Origin: Vicinamibacterales bacterium
GTDB lineage: Bacteria > Acidobacteriota > Vicinamibacteria > Vicinamibacterales > G965250185
Direction of reading: 5' to 3'
Length of the DNA: 64,000 bases
Assembly (NCBI GenBank): GCA_965250185.1
Contig: OZ252293.1
Location: forward strand, 1,607,862-1,671,861
Of this stretch, positions 48,480 to 57,394 are shown piece after piece. Position numbers and translations under genes: made by a program. The first letter of the stretch is position 1; every line of letters begins with the position of its first letter. The notes under the pieces are model-generated. The model saw nothing but the letters and a program-made list of their open reading frames with translations, was not told the origin of the DNA and made no database searches.

Positions 48480-49534
48480 TCCACGATGAACCGGCCATCG
48501 AGCTGCTGCTCGATCTGTGCCGGATAGCGTCGGTGTCGACGGATGAGTCCGCCGCGGTCCGGTTCATGGTCGAGCAGGCAACCGTGGCCGGCATGCACGC
48601 GTTCGTCGACGATGCCGGAAACTTCATCGCGGAGCGGGGCACGGGCGAACGAGTCATCGTCCTGCTGGGCCACATCGACACGGTCGACGGATTCATATCG
48701 CCACGAATCGACGACGGCGTCCTGTACGGCCGGGGTGCGGTGGACGCGAAGGGGCCGCTCGCGACCTTCCTGGCGGCCGCGTCGCGGGTGGTGAGCGTCG
48801 AGGGCGCCAGAATCGTCGTCATCGGCGCGGTCGAGGAGGAGGCCCCGACCTCGAAAGGCGCTCACTTCGTCGTCGACCAGTACTCGCCCGCGGTCGCCGT
48901 CATCGGTGAACCGAGTGGCGTCAGCGCGATCACGCTGGGGTACAAGGGACGGATCAGCCTGAGGCTGCGGGGCGCTCGAGCGCATGCCCACTCCGCAGCC
49001 GCGGCTCGGAGCATCGCCAGCGAGGCCGTCAATTTCTGGGCGAAGACGGAGTTGTACTGCGAGCGGTTCAATGACGACCAATCGATCTTTGCGAGGATCG
49101 ATCCTCATCTGAGCAGCTTCAATACCGTCACCGATGGCTTCGAGGACCGCGTTGACCTGCGAGGGAGCTTCCGCCTGCCGATCGATTTCTCTGTCGATGA
49201 TCTCGAGGGTTCGCTGAACGACTACGCCGGCGAGTGGGGCACGTGCGAGCTACACGACTTCACGCCGGCGTTTCGGAGCGACAAGCGCAACGTGCTCGTC
49301 CGGGCGTTCCTGACGGCCATTCGCGCCCAGGACCTCGAACCACGGTTCACGCTGAAGACTGGCACCTCCGACATGAACGTCGTCGGCCCGGCGTGGGGCT
49401 GCCCGATCGTCGCGTATGGTCCCGGAGACTCGCATCTGGATCACGCGCCGAACGAGCACGTCTCGGTTGACGAATACCGGCGGGCGATCGCGATTCTCAC
49501 CCGCGTCCTCGAGCGCCTCGTGGGCGCTCGCTGA
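48476..49534 (+). CDS. lysK: M20 deacylase LysK/ArgE
   Basis: ORF trimmed to GTG 48476, which forms a GTGA overlap with the lysJ stop. 'LLGHIDTV', 'GAVDAKG' and 'EEE' are metal-ligand motifs. Confidence 0.8.
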   Translation: MIHDEPAIELLLDLCRIASVSTDESAAVRFMVEQATVAGMHAFVDDAGNFIAERGTGERVIVLLGHIDTVDGFISPRIDDGVLYGRGAVDAKGPLATFLAAASRVVSVEGARIVVIGAVEEEAPTSKGAHFVVDQYSPAVAVIGEPSGVSAITLGYKGRISLRLRGARAHAHSAAAARSIASEAVNFWAKTELYCERFNDDQSIFARIDPHLSSFNTVTDGFEDRVDLRGSFRLPIDFSVDDLEGSLNDYAGEWGTCELHDFTPAFRSDKRNVLVRAFLTAIRAQDLEPRFTLKTGTSDMNVVGPAWGCPIVAYGPGDSHLDHAPNEHVSVDEYRRAIAILTRVLERLVGAR

Positions 49535-49557
49535 CGCGGCCGGAGATCGCGATCGCC

Positions 49558-49597
49558 CGAACGGACACGGAATTACCACGGAACGACTGCGGAAGCA
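49558..49597. repeat. ACGGAA motif repeats, 11-bp phase
   Basis: cgaACGGAcACGGAAttaccACGGAAcgactGCGGAAgcac belongs to the same motif family as 5558-5617. Confidence 0.75.
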
Positions 49598-49603
49598 CTC
49601 TCG

Positions 49604-50401
49604 ATGCGGATCCGGACCCACGCCATCCACCCTCGGCTTGCGCCGTACGTTCGCCTGATATGGACGCTCGAGGCGGGCGACGTTGGTAGCGATGCCCGGC
49701 CGGAGCGCGTGCTTCCGGACGGGATCGTGGAAGCGGTGTTTCACGCCGGCGCACCATGGAGCATGCGGTTCGCCGACGCGTCGTTCGCGCGCCAACCCCA
49801 GAGTTTCGCCATCTTCCAGACGCACCGTTTCATCGAACTCCGGCCGGCGGCGCAGAGTTCGTTCGTCTCGGTCAGATTTCAGCCGTGGGGCGCCAGCCAC
49901 TTCTTTGATCGCCCGCCGTCAGCGTTTTGCGATGCGGCCATTCCTGGGCCGCAGCTCTGGGGGCGAGACGGCGTGCGTCTCGAAGAGCGGCTGGCCGACG
50001 CGGCGACGACGGCGACCCGCGTGCGATTGGTCGAGCAGTTCTTGCTCCTGCAGCTCAAGCGGCGACGCGACGTCGCGCCGCTCGTTCGCGCTGTCTGGCA
50101 GAACCGCGGGCAAGCGAGGATCGCGACGATCGGGCGCACGGTTGGTGTCAGCGAGCGTCAACTCGAGCGCATATTCCTCCGAGAAGTCGGCGTCTCGCCG
50201 AAGCACTTCGCTCGCCTGGCGCGCTTCCTGCACAGCTGTCACCTGCTGCGCCATCGCCCGGACCGTTCCCTCACCCAGCTTGCCCACGCCGCCGGGTTCT
50301 ACGATCAGTCGCACTTCATCCGGGAGTTCCAGGCGCTCGGAAGAATGACACCGCGTGAGTATCGCTTGGCCGATGACGTGGCGGCGTTGACCATCGACTG
50401 A
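49604..50401 (+). CDS. AraC family transcriptional regulator
   Basis: The C-terminal HTH is 'IATIGRTVGVSERQLERIFLREVGVSPKHFARLARF...AHAAGFYDQSHFIREF'. Confidence 0.8.
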   Translation: MRIRTHAIHPRLAPYVRLIWTLEAGDVGSDARPERVLPDGIVEAVFHAGAPWSMRFADASFARQPQSFAIFQTHRFIELRPAAQSSFVSVRFQPWGASHFFDRPPSAFCDAAIPGPQLWGRDGVRLEERLADAATTATRVRLVEQFLLLQLKRRRDVAPLVRAVWQNRGQARIATIGRTVGVSERQLERIFLREVGVSPKHFARLARFLHSCHLLRHRPDRSLTQLAHAAGFYDQSHFIREFQALGRMTPREYRLADDVAALTID

Positions 50402-50436
50402 CTGTCGGATTTGTCCAATCTGGCTGGAGACGTCGA

Positions 50437-51072
50437 ATGTATGATCGCTGCATGCCGAATCCGATAGTGCGAATATCGCGCATGGTTCAGATGGTGCAGA
50501 TGGTGCACATGTCGCCCATGCGACCAACGCCGCGACGGGTCGCTGCCGTCAGCCTCGTGCTGCTGATCACGACGTCAGCGGCGCACGGCCTCGCCCAGCC
50601 GACAGACGATCACTGGAAGCGGTTCCAGGCCTTCGTCGGCTCGTGGACGGGCGACGAATCCTCGAACTTCGGGAGCGGGAAGGGCACCCGCACCTACGAG
50701 TTCGTGCTCCAGAACCGATACCTCCTGGGCCGAAACGAGTCTCGCTTTCCTCCCCAGCCAACGCTCCCGGAGGGCGACGTCCACAACGACTGGTCACTGT
50801 TCAGCTACGACTCGGATCGAGACGCCTTCGTCCTGCGCCAGTTCAACAGCGAAGGCTTCGTCAATCACTTCGTGCAGGAGGCCTCGGCCGATACGCCGAC
50901 CCGCGTCGTGTTCGTCCTCGAGAGCTCCGAGAATGGTCCCGAAGGTCTCGAAGGGCGACTGACGCTTGAGCTGGTCGGTCAGGACGAACTCGTCGAAGCG
51001 TTCGAGCTGTCGACCCCTGATGACCCGGAGATGCTGCGCATCCGAAATCGCTGGCGGCGCACCGGGGGGTGA
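50437..51072 (+). CDS. Secreted hypothetical protein
   Basis: Signal peptide 'VAAVSLVLLITTSAAHGLAQ'. No family is confidently recognised. The start is more likely ATG 50509. Confidence 0.5.
   Translation: MYDRCMPNPIVRISRMVQMVQMVHMSPMRPTPRRVAAVSLVLLITTSAAHGLAQPTDDHWKRFQAFVGSWTGDESSNFGSGKGTRTYEFVLQNRYLLGRNESRFPPQPTLPEGDVHNDWSLFSYDSDRDAFVLRQFNSEGFVNHFVQEASADTPTRVVFVLESSENGPEGLEGRLTLELVGQDELVEAFELSTPDDPEMLRIRNRWRRTGG
50482..50511 (+). repeat. ATGGTKCAS 9-mer x3, each unit carrying an in-frame ATG
   Basis: atggttcag atggtgcag atggtgcac atg lies directly at or upstream of the likely start codon. Confidence 0.85.
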
Positions 51073-51093
51073 ACCGGCTGGAGGGCGGCGTTT

Positions 51094-51164
51094 TTCGTTC
51101 TGCATTCTTCGTTCTGCATTCGGCATTTTGCGTTCTCCGTTCTCCGTTCTCCGTTCTTGCTTCG
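51094..51164. repeat. Heptamer array (NNCRTTC; left arm of inverted pair)
   Basis: Reads tgcattc ttcgttc tgcattc ggcattt tgcgttc tccgttc tccgttc tccgttc ttgcttc. Confidence 0.85.
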
Positions 51165-51251
51165 TGGGCAGCCACCTCGCGTGAGCCGACCCCGGGGACG
51201 GCTAGCCGTCTCAGGCGTTGAGTTGGACTGCGAAAAGCGAACGGAGAAGAA

Positions 51252-51334
51252 GAATGCTGAATGCTGAATGCCGAATGCCGAATGCCGAATGCTGAATGCC
51301 GAATGCCGAATGCTGAATGCTGAACGCAGAATGG
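51252..51334. repeat. GAATGCY heptamer array, ~12 units (right arm of inverted pair)
   Basis: Reads gaatgct gaatgct gaatgcc gaatgcc gaatgcc gaatgct gaatgcc gaatgcc gaatgct gaatgct gaacgca gaatgg. This is the longest array in the window. Confidence 0.9.
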
Positions 51335-51344
51335 AGCTAGGCCC

Positions 51345-52913
51345 CTACCAACGTCCGATATAGATTCCCCGGGCGCTCACGCCGCCCGTCCGTTCTTCGA
51401 CGACCCGATCGCTCTCGGTGACGCGGCGCTTCGACCGCTCGAGTCGGTTGAACAGTCGCCCCTGCAGCTCGTCCCGGGTCGACCGATACCCGTCGTCGGC
51501 TCCGAGATCCACGAGCTCATCCGGGTCGTTCGTCAGGTCGAAGAGCTGGGGCCTGAAGTGTCGGTGGTCGACATACTTCCACTCGCGTGTCCTGATCATG
51601 TAACTGCGTGCTTCGCTCGGTCCAAGGTCGAGCTCCTTGCGGGTCTCGTAGTACGCGTGATCCAGCTCGCTGAACACGTCGTCGTGCACTCGGTCGCCGG
51701 GCTGGCCACGCAGCAGCGGTAGCAATGACTGGCCCTCCAGGATGTGGCCAGGCGGGTCGAGTGCCACCGCCTCCAAAAGCGTCGGCAATAGATCGATCGC
51801 TTCGACGAGGGTTGCGTCCGTGGTGCCGCGCGTTCGATCGGCGGCGGGGTCGGGATCATAGGCGATCAGCGGGATGCGGGACGAGCAATCGTGAAACATC
51901 TCCTTTTCACCCAGGAAGTGGTCGCCGAGATAGTCGCCGTGGTCGCTCGTGAAGACGATGAACGTATCGTGCAGACGGCCGGTCTCTTCGAGGAACGCGA
52001 GGAGCCGACCGACGTGATCGTCGATCTGCTTCACCAGGCCCATGTAGGTCGGCACGACGAGGCGCCGGACCTCGTCTCGCGAGAACGAACGAGAGACCTC
52101 CTGGTTCATGAACGCGCGATAGACCGCGTGCGGGTCGGCCCGTTCCTGCTCGGCTCGCACCGGTGCGAGACAGTCGTCGGGGCCGAACATATTGTGGTAC
52201 GGACGTGCCGCGATGTACGGCCAGTGCGGCTTGATGTACGACAGGTGCAGGCACCACGGATCGTCACCCTGCTCGCGAATGAAATCCATCGCGCGGTCGG
52301 TGACGAAGGCCGTCTCGGAGTGCTCGTCCGCGACGCGTGAAGGCTTGTCCGCGTTCCGGAGGTGCCAACCGCTCAGTATCGTTCCGTCAGTTGCTGTGAC
52401 GGAGTTGGCATAGTCCTGCCACGGATTGTCGGACTCGTATCCCTGGGCGCGGAGAAACTCGTTGTAGGCGAGTCCCTTGGCGGTCCGTGGGGTCGCGTGC
52501 ACCCCGTCGTGTCGTGGCGCCGGCTCGAACCCACCCTGCGTCAGAAGGAAGCCAGCCTTCGACGCCGGATCGATCCCCAGGCGCCTCATCCCATCCAGGT
52601 CGGCCGCCACGTGTGTCTTGCCCGAGACCGCCACGCGGTAGCCGTGTGGTCGGAGGTAGTCACCCAGCGTGCGCTCGCCGACCGGCAGCGGCACCCAGTT
52701 CCAGACCGAGCCGTGCGTGGACATGTACCGGCCCGTGTAGAAGGACATCCTGGACGGCCCGCAAATGGGTGCCTGGCAGTACGCGTCGGTGAATCGAACC
52801 CCGCGAGATGCGAGCCGGTCGAGGTGAGGCGTCTGGAGGGTCGGGTGGCCGGCGCATGAGAGGTAATCCGCCCGCAGCTGGTCGGACATGACGAACAGGA
52901 CGTTTCGTGCCAT
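51345..52913 (-). CDS. Cys-type (formylglycine) sulfatase
   Basis: The 847-aa ORF is trimmed to ATG 52913. 'MARNVLFVMSDQLRADYL' is followed by the 'CGPSRMSFYTGR' sulfatase signature. The upstream part of the long ORF overlaps dctM in another frame. Confidence 0.85.
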   Translation of the reverse strand: MARNVLFVMSDQLRADYLSCAGHPTLQTPHLDRLASRGVRFTDAYCQAPICGPSRMSFYTGRYMSTHGSVWNWVPLPVGERTLGDYLRPHGYRVAVSGKTHVAADLDGMRRLGIDPASKAGFLLTQGGFEPAPRHDGVHATPRTAKGLAYNEFLRAQGYESDNPWQDYANSVTATDGTILSGWHLRNADKPSRVADEHSETAFVTDRAMDFIREQGDDPWCLHLSYIKPHWPYIAARPYHNMFGPDDCLAPVRAEQERADPHAVYRAFMNQEVSRSFSRDEVRRLVVPTYMGLVKQIDDHVGRLLAFLEETGRLHDTFIVFTSDHGDYLGDHFLGEKEMFHDCSSRIPLIAYDPDPAADRTRGTTDATLVEAIDLLPTLLEAVALDPPGHILEGQSLLPLLRGQPGDRVHDDVFSELDHAYYETRKELDLGPSEARSYMIRTREWKYVDHRHFRPQLFDLTNDPDELVDLGADDGYRSTRDELQGRLFNRLERSKRRVTESDRVVEERTGGVSARGIYIGRW

Positions 52914-52924
52914 GGTTGGTCTCG

Positions 52925-54217
52925 CTACGACATCAATTGCGGGAGAAACAGTACGAATCCCGGAAGCAGGACGACGAGCGACAGGCGAATGGCGTCGGCG
53001 ATCAAGAACGGAATGATACCGCTGAAGATCGTTCTCAGCGGCAGGTCGGGATTCATCGATTTCAGAACGAAGACGTTCATGCCGATTGGCGGCGTGATCA
53101 ACGCGATCTCGGACACGATGATCACGACGATCCCGAACCAGATGAGGTCGTAGCCGAGCGCCTGCACGATCGGGGCGAACACCGGGACCGTCAGGAACAG
53201 GAGCGCGAGCCCATCGAACACGCACCCGAGCAGGACGTAGACCAAGCAGATGACGAAGATGACGCCGAGGCCAGGAAGCTCGAGCGCGATGATGCCGGCG
53301 GAGAGCGTTTCCGGGAGACCCGCCACGTTGACGAAGTTCGACAGGATGATGGCTCCGAACGCGACGCTGAATACCATGCTGGTCGTCTCGGCCGCCTCGA
53401 TCAGGGACGCCGCGAACGTTCGCCAGTTCAGTTTCCGGCGGAGCAGCGCGAAGAGGCAGGCGCCGACTGCCCCGATGCCCCCAGCCTCGTTCGGCGTGAA
53501 CGCCCCCACGTAGATGCCGCCCAGCACGACGACGAATAGCACGAGCACGCCAAGCACCCGGTTCGTCGAGCGGAGCCTGTCGGGCCAGGACGTCGGTGGG
53601 CCGGGCGGGCCAAGCCCCGGTCGCATCCGCGTCACGACGGCGATCACCCCGAAGTACAGGGCGACGGTCAGGAGTCCGGGGGCGAGTCCGGCGATGAACA
53701 GCCTGCCGATGTCCTGCTGCGTGAGGAACCCGTACACGACCAGGCTCATGCTGGGAGGTATGAGAATTCCAAGGGTGCCTCCCGCGACGATGGTTCCGGC
53801 GGCGAGTCCGCGGTCGTACCCGTAGCGGGTCATCGACGGAAACGCCACGCGCCCCATCGTCGCGGCGGTGGCGACCGAGCTTCCGCATACCGCCCCGAAG
53901 CCGGCCGAGGCAGCCACCGTGGCCATCGAGAGGCCGCCGCGCAGGTGCCCGACCCAGGCGTTCGACGCGTCGTAGAGATCCTCGGAGAGTCCAGAGCGAT
54001 GCACGAACGCGCCCATCAAGACGAACATCGGGAGGATCGCGAAGGTGTAGCTCATGGAGAAATCGAGAATGAGCTGACCGACCGTCTCGACGGCGGCTGT
54101 CGGGCCCCGGACGATCGAGAACCCGACGAACCCGACCGCCCCCATCGCAAAGCCCAGGGGGACGCGCAGGAGCGCGAGTGCCAGGACGGCGGCGAGACCG
54201 ATCAGCGCTTCTGCCAT
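52925..54217 (-). CDS. dctM: TRAP transporter large permease
   Basis: The 677-aa ORF is trimmed to ATG 54217 (MAEALIGLAAVLALALLRVPLGFAMG...). This is a typical DctM polytopic protein. Confidence 0.85.
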   Translation of the reverse strand: MAEALIGLAAVLALALLRVPLGFAMGAVGFVGFSIVRGPTAAVETVGQLILDFSMSYTFAILPMFVLMGAFVHRSGLSEDLYDASNAWVGHLRGGLSMATVAASAGFGAVCGSSVATAATMGRVAFPSMTRYGYDRGLAAGTIVAGGTLGILIPPSMSLVVYGFLTQQDIGRLFIAGLAPGLLTVALYFGVIAVVTRMRPGLGPPGPPTSWPDRLRSTNRVLGVLVLFVVVLGGIYVGAFTPNEAGGIGAVGACLFALLRRKLNWRTFAASLIEAAETTSMVFSVAFGAIILSNFVNVAGLPETLSAGIIALELPGLGVIFVICLVYVLLGCVFDGLALLFLTVPVFAPIVQALGYDLIWFGIVVIIVSEIALITPPIGMNVFVLKSMNPDLPLRTIFSGIIPFLIADAIRLSLVVLLPGFVLFLPQLMS

Positions 54218-54693
54218 GTCATCAATGCCGTGCCGATCTTGCCCAGCTGCACGAGCAAGGTGAGGAAGCAGAGCGCTGACAGCGCGTACGCCACCGGCCC
54301 GAGGGGCCATTCCAGGTAGCCGCTGATGTAGCCACCAGCGGTCAACGCGGTGCCCTGTCGCCAGAGCGCGACGCTCACCAGGCCGATGACGGCCCCGCTC
54401 ACGATCTGGATCACGAGACCTTGGATCCACCGCACCCGCTCCGAGACCACGCCGTCCAGCACCGTCACGGTGATGTGCGTCTCCTCCTTGGTGATGACAG
54501 GGAGCACCGAGAAGATCAACCAGGGAAGAAGGAACTGGATCATCTCGAACGTGCCAGGTACCGGCGACCGGACGAGATATCGGCCGACGACGTCGATGAA
54601 CGTCAAGGCCATCATGAGAAACATCACGAGGCCGGCCAGGCCGAGCAGGACACGGTCGAGCGGGGAGCGCGAACGCTCCTGGGTGGACGTCAT
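54202..54693 (-). CDS. dctQ: TRAP transporter small permease
   Basis: 163 aa with four TM helices. 'FIDVVGRYL' is a DctQ-like motif. The gene overlaps the dctM start. Confidence 0.75.
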   Translation of the reverse strand: MTSTQERSRSPLDRVLLGLAGLVMFLMMALTFIDVVGRYLVRSPVPGTFEMIQFLLPWLIFSVLPVITKEETHITVTVLDGVVSERVRWIQGLVIQIVSGAVIGLVSVALWRQGTALTAGGYISGYLEWPLGPVAYALSALCFLTLLVQLGKIGTALMTWQKR

Positions 54694-55778
54694 CGAGCGG
54701 CTCCGACGGCCGGGGAGGACGTCGCGCGCGCGACGCGCCGCGCTTCGCTGCGGAAGAACGCCAACGCGGCGTCGCCGTCAACGCCACGCCGGTTGGCTTC
54801 ATCGACCCAGGCGCGATCGATGAAGGCGAGCTGGGTTCGAAGCTCCGCCATGAACGCGTCACTTGCCATCGTTCTCTGGACGCCGCGCCCGGCCATGCTC
54901 TCGATCGCGCGCTGATCGGATTCGTCCCAGGCTCGAGCCAGACGCGCGAACGCTTCACCCGAGACGCTCCGGATGGCGGCCCGGTCGGGCGCCGCCAGGC
55001 CGCGCCACTTCCCGGAGTTCATGAACAACGAGAAGCTACCGTTGTAGATCTTCCCGGGAATGGCGACGGCGAAGCCGGTGTACTGCAGCATGTTGAACGT
55101 GCGCATGTCCCCGGTCGGCATGATCAGGCCGTCCACGATGCCTCGAGAGACGAGCTGGTAGGCTCCGATCCCGGAGGAGGGCACGGCGACGCCGCCGAGC
55201 GTCTCCATCGCGGTCGAGGAACTGCCGTCGGTTGTCCGGATCTTCATCCCGGCCAGATCGGCGACGCGGCGCACGTCCTTCTGGCGGCTGAACAGATCGC
55301 CCCCCGAGTGCGTCATCATGCCCAACAGCGTGACGTCCTCGAATTCGTTCGCCGCCTCGAAGTAGCGCTCGTAGGTTCGCCAGAGCGCCACCGAAGCCGC
55401 TTCGGCGCTCGGTGTGCCGAACGGCAGTTCCGAGACGGTCGGGAGGTGCAGCCGATTGCGCTCGAAGCCGTTGAACACGATCCCCACGTCGGCGATCCCG
55501 GAGGTCACCATGTGCCACTGGCGCCCCGGAGGGGCCAGCGTGCTGCTCGGGAACCGACAGACGACTCGACCCTCGGTGACGCGACTGACCTCGCTGGCCC
55601 AGCGGTCGAACACCTGGGCGCGCATGAGGTGGGATGGTGGCCAGAAGCTGTTGACGAGCAGTTCGGTCGCGGCCGGCCCCGGCTGGAGTGAGAGCACGGG
55701 TTGCCACGAGAGGGTGCAGAGGCCGATCGCCCAGGCAGCGCGCCGCGCCACGCGGCCGAGGACGCTCGTCAAAGGCAC
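54690..55778 (-). CDS. dctP: TRAP transporter substrate-binding protein
   Basis: ORF trimmed to GTG 55778 (or 55751), giving a signal peptide 'RRAAWAIGLCTLSW'. The longer ORF would overlap the divergent gene's start. The fold looks DctP-like. Confidence 0.7.
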   Translation of the reverse strand: MPLTSVLGRVARRAAWAIGLCTLSWQPVLSLQPGPAATELLVNSFWPPSHLMRAQVFDRWASEVSRVTEGRVVCRFPSSTLAPPGRQWHMVTSGIADVGIVFNGFERNRLHLPTVSELPFGTPSAEAASVALWRTYERYFEAANEFEDVTLLGMMTHSGGDLFSRQKDVRRVADLAGMKIRTTDGSSSTAMETLGGVAVPSSGIGAYQLVSRGIVDGLIMPTGDMRTFNMLQYTGFAVAIPGKIYNGSFSLFMNSGKWRGLAAPDRAAIRSVSGEAFARLARAWDESDQRAIESMAGRGVQRTMASDAFMAELRTQLAFIDRAWVDEANRRGVDGDAALAFFRSEARRVARATSSPAVGAAR

Positions 55779-55829
55779 GAAGAGGTGTATCCTATGGGGC
55801 TTGGCCGGTCGGCGCCGGGAGGAGAGTGT

Positions 55830-56414
55830 ATGTCGCTTGTGCATATTCGCAAGACCGTGGTGACGATGGAGACAGCTCTGCACGAGGGTGGGCCGCCGCT
55901 CAACCCGCCCCTGCGCGTGGGTACCGCTCTGGCCGTGGTCCGGAATCCGTATGCTGGCCGGTTCGAGCCGGACCTCCTCCCCATGATGGGCGAGCTGAAG
56001 GCGCTCGGGAAGCAGTTGGCGAGCGACCTGGTGGTGGCGCTCGGGAACGCCCCCTCGACTATCGAGGCGTACGGCAAGGGCGCCATCGTCGGGGTCAACG
56101 GCGAGCTCGAGCATGGCGCACTATGGCACGAGCCTGGCGGATGGGGCATGCGTGAGATCCTGGGCGGCACGAAGGCGGTCGTGCCGTCGTCGAAGATGCT
56201 CGGGGCCGTCGGCGCCAGGCTCATGATACCGCTGGGTCACGTGAACGCCTCGTACGTCAGGAGCCACATGAGCGCGACCGACGTCGGCGTCCACGACGGG
56301 CCCAGACCGGACGAGATCCTCTACGCCCTGGTCATGGCCACCGGGCCCCGCGTGCATGCGCGCATCGGCGGCCTGGCGGCGTCGGACATCACCGGCGAAG
56401 ACGGATTGCGCTAA
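55830..56414 (+). CDS. 'Amino acid synthesis' family protein (PF06684/DUF1185-like)
   Basis: ORF trimmed to ATG 55830 (RBS gggaggag). 'VVRNPYAGRFEPDL', 'YGKGAIVGVNGELEHGA' and 'IPLGH' match my memory of this family. Confidence 0.65.
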   Translation: MSLVHIRKTVVTMETALHEGGPPLNPPLRVGTALAVVRNPYAGRFEPDLLPMMGELKALGKQLASDLVVALGNAPSTIEAYGKGAIVGVNGELEHGALWHEPGGWGMREILGGTKAVVPSSKMLGAVGARLMIPLGHVNASYVRSHMSATDVGVHDGPRPDEILYALVMATGPRVHARIGGLAASDITGEDGLR

Positions 56415-56443
56415 CCATAGACCAAACCAAGGAGAATCTGTAG

Positions 56444-57289
56444 ATGAAGATTGCCTCGTACACGATCGGCGGCGCGGAGAGCTTCGGGGTCGTCACCGAC
56501 GACCGCATTGTGGATCTGCGGAAGCGCCTGCCGGCCGAGTACGCAACGTTGCGGGATGTGATCGCCGCCGGGGCACTCGACCAGGCGCGTCAGGCGGCCG
56601 ATGGTCAGCCAGGCGACTACGGGCTGGACGACGTGGTGTGCTTGCCGGTCATTCCGTATCCGGAGAAAATCCTCGTCGTGGCGCTGAACTACGACGACCA
56701 CATTGCGGAAACCGGGCGCCCCAAGACCGAGAACCCGGCGTGGTTTATCCGGGTTCCACCCTCGCAGGTTGGCCACCGCCAGCCGCTGATCATGCCGACC
56801 GTGTCGGATAATTTTGATTTCGAAGGCGAGCTGGCCGCGATCATCGGGACGGGCGGCCGTGCCATCCCGGCCGCGTCGGCCCTGGACCACGTGTGCGGCT
56901 ACTCGTGCTACTTCGACGGCAGCATTCGCGACTGGCAACGACACACCCGCCAGATCACCGCCGGCAAGAACTTCGACTCGACCGGCGGCTTCGGGCCATG
57001 GATGGTCACGGCCGACGAGATCCCGGATCCCCAGAAGCTCGAGCTGACGACCCGGCTCAACGGCAAGGTGGAGCAGCACTGCAACACGGGCCAGATGGTG
57101 TTCTCGGTCGCCCAGCTCATCGAGTACTGCTCGACCTGGACCACGCTCGTTCCCGGCGATGTCATCGTCACCGGGACGCCGGGTGGCGTGGGCTTCAAAC
57201 GTACGCCGCCGATGTTCATGAAGGTTGGCGACACGGTGGAGGTCGAGATCGAGAAGGTGGGGACGTTGCGGCATACGGTGGGGCAGTAG
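56444..57289 (+). CDS. Fumarylacetoacetate hydrolase family protein
   Basis: 'DFEGELAAIIG', 'GKNFDSTGGFGPW' and 'PGDVIVTGTPGGVG' are FAH-fold motifs. Confidence 0.85.
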   Translation: MKIASYTIGGAESFGVVTDDRIVDLRKRLPAEYATLRDVIAAGALDQARQAADGQPGDYGLDDVVCLPVIPYPEKILVVALNYDDHIAETGRPKTENPAWFIRVPPSQVGHRQPLIMPTVSDNFDFEGELAAIIGTGGRAIPAASALDHVCGYSCYFDGSIRDWQRHTRQITAGKNFDSTGGFGPWMVTADEIPDPQKLELTTRLNGKVEQHCNTGQMVFSVAQLIEYCSTWTTLVPGDVIVTGTPGGVGFKRTPPMFMKVGDTVEVEIEKVGTLRHTVGQ

Positions 57290-57295
57290 GGCACG

Positions 57296-57382
57296 TAGGG
57301 CAAGTGGGGCGAGTGGGGGCCGGCACCATTCTTTCGCAGCGCGACAACCCCCACTCGCCCCACTCGCCCCACTTGCCCTACC
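57296..57382. repeat. Inverted arrays of 9-mers forming a long hairpin
   Basis: The left arm gtagggcaagtggggcgagtggggg (57296-57320) is complementary to part of the right arm cccccactcgccccactcgccccacttgccctac (57349-57382). The right arm carries one extra 9-mer unit, and the loop is 28 nt. Confidence 0.85.
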
Positions 57383-57394
57383 AGGAGTGAACAC

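Noticed and set aside
51252-51334. Heptamer arrays as a CRISPR array
   Set aside because: The units are 7 nt and directly tandem, with no unique spacers and no 25-40 nt repeats. There are no cas genes in the window.
51345-53888. 847-aa ORF taken at face value as one protein
   Set aside because: Only the C-terminal 522 aa (from ATG 52913) are sulfatase. The N-terminal 325 aa are R/P-rich and overlap the dctM coding frame. In the same way the 677-aa ORF 52925..54958 was trimmed to dctM (start 54217), and 54690..56114 was trimmed to avoid the divergent gene.
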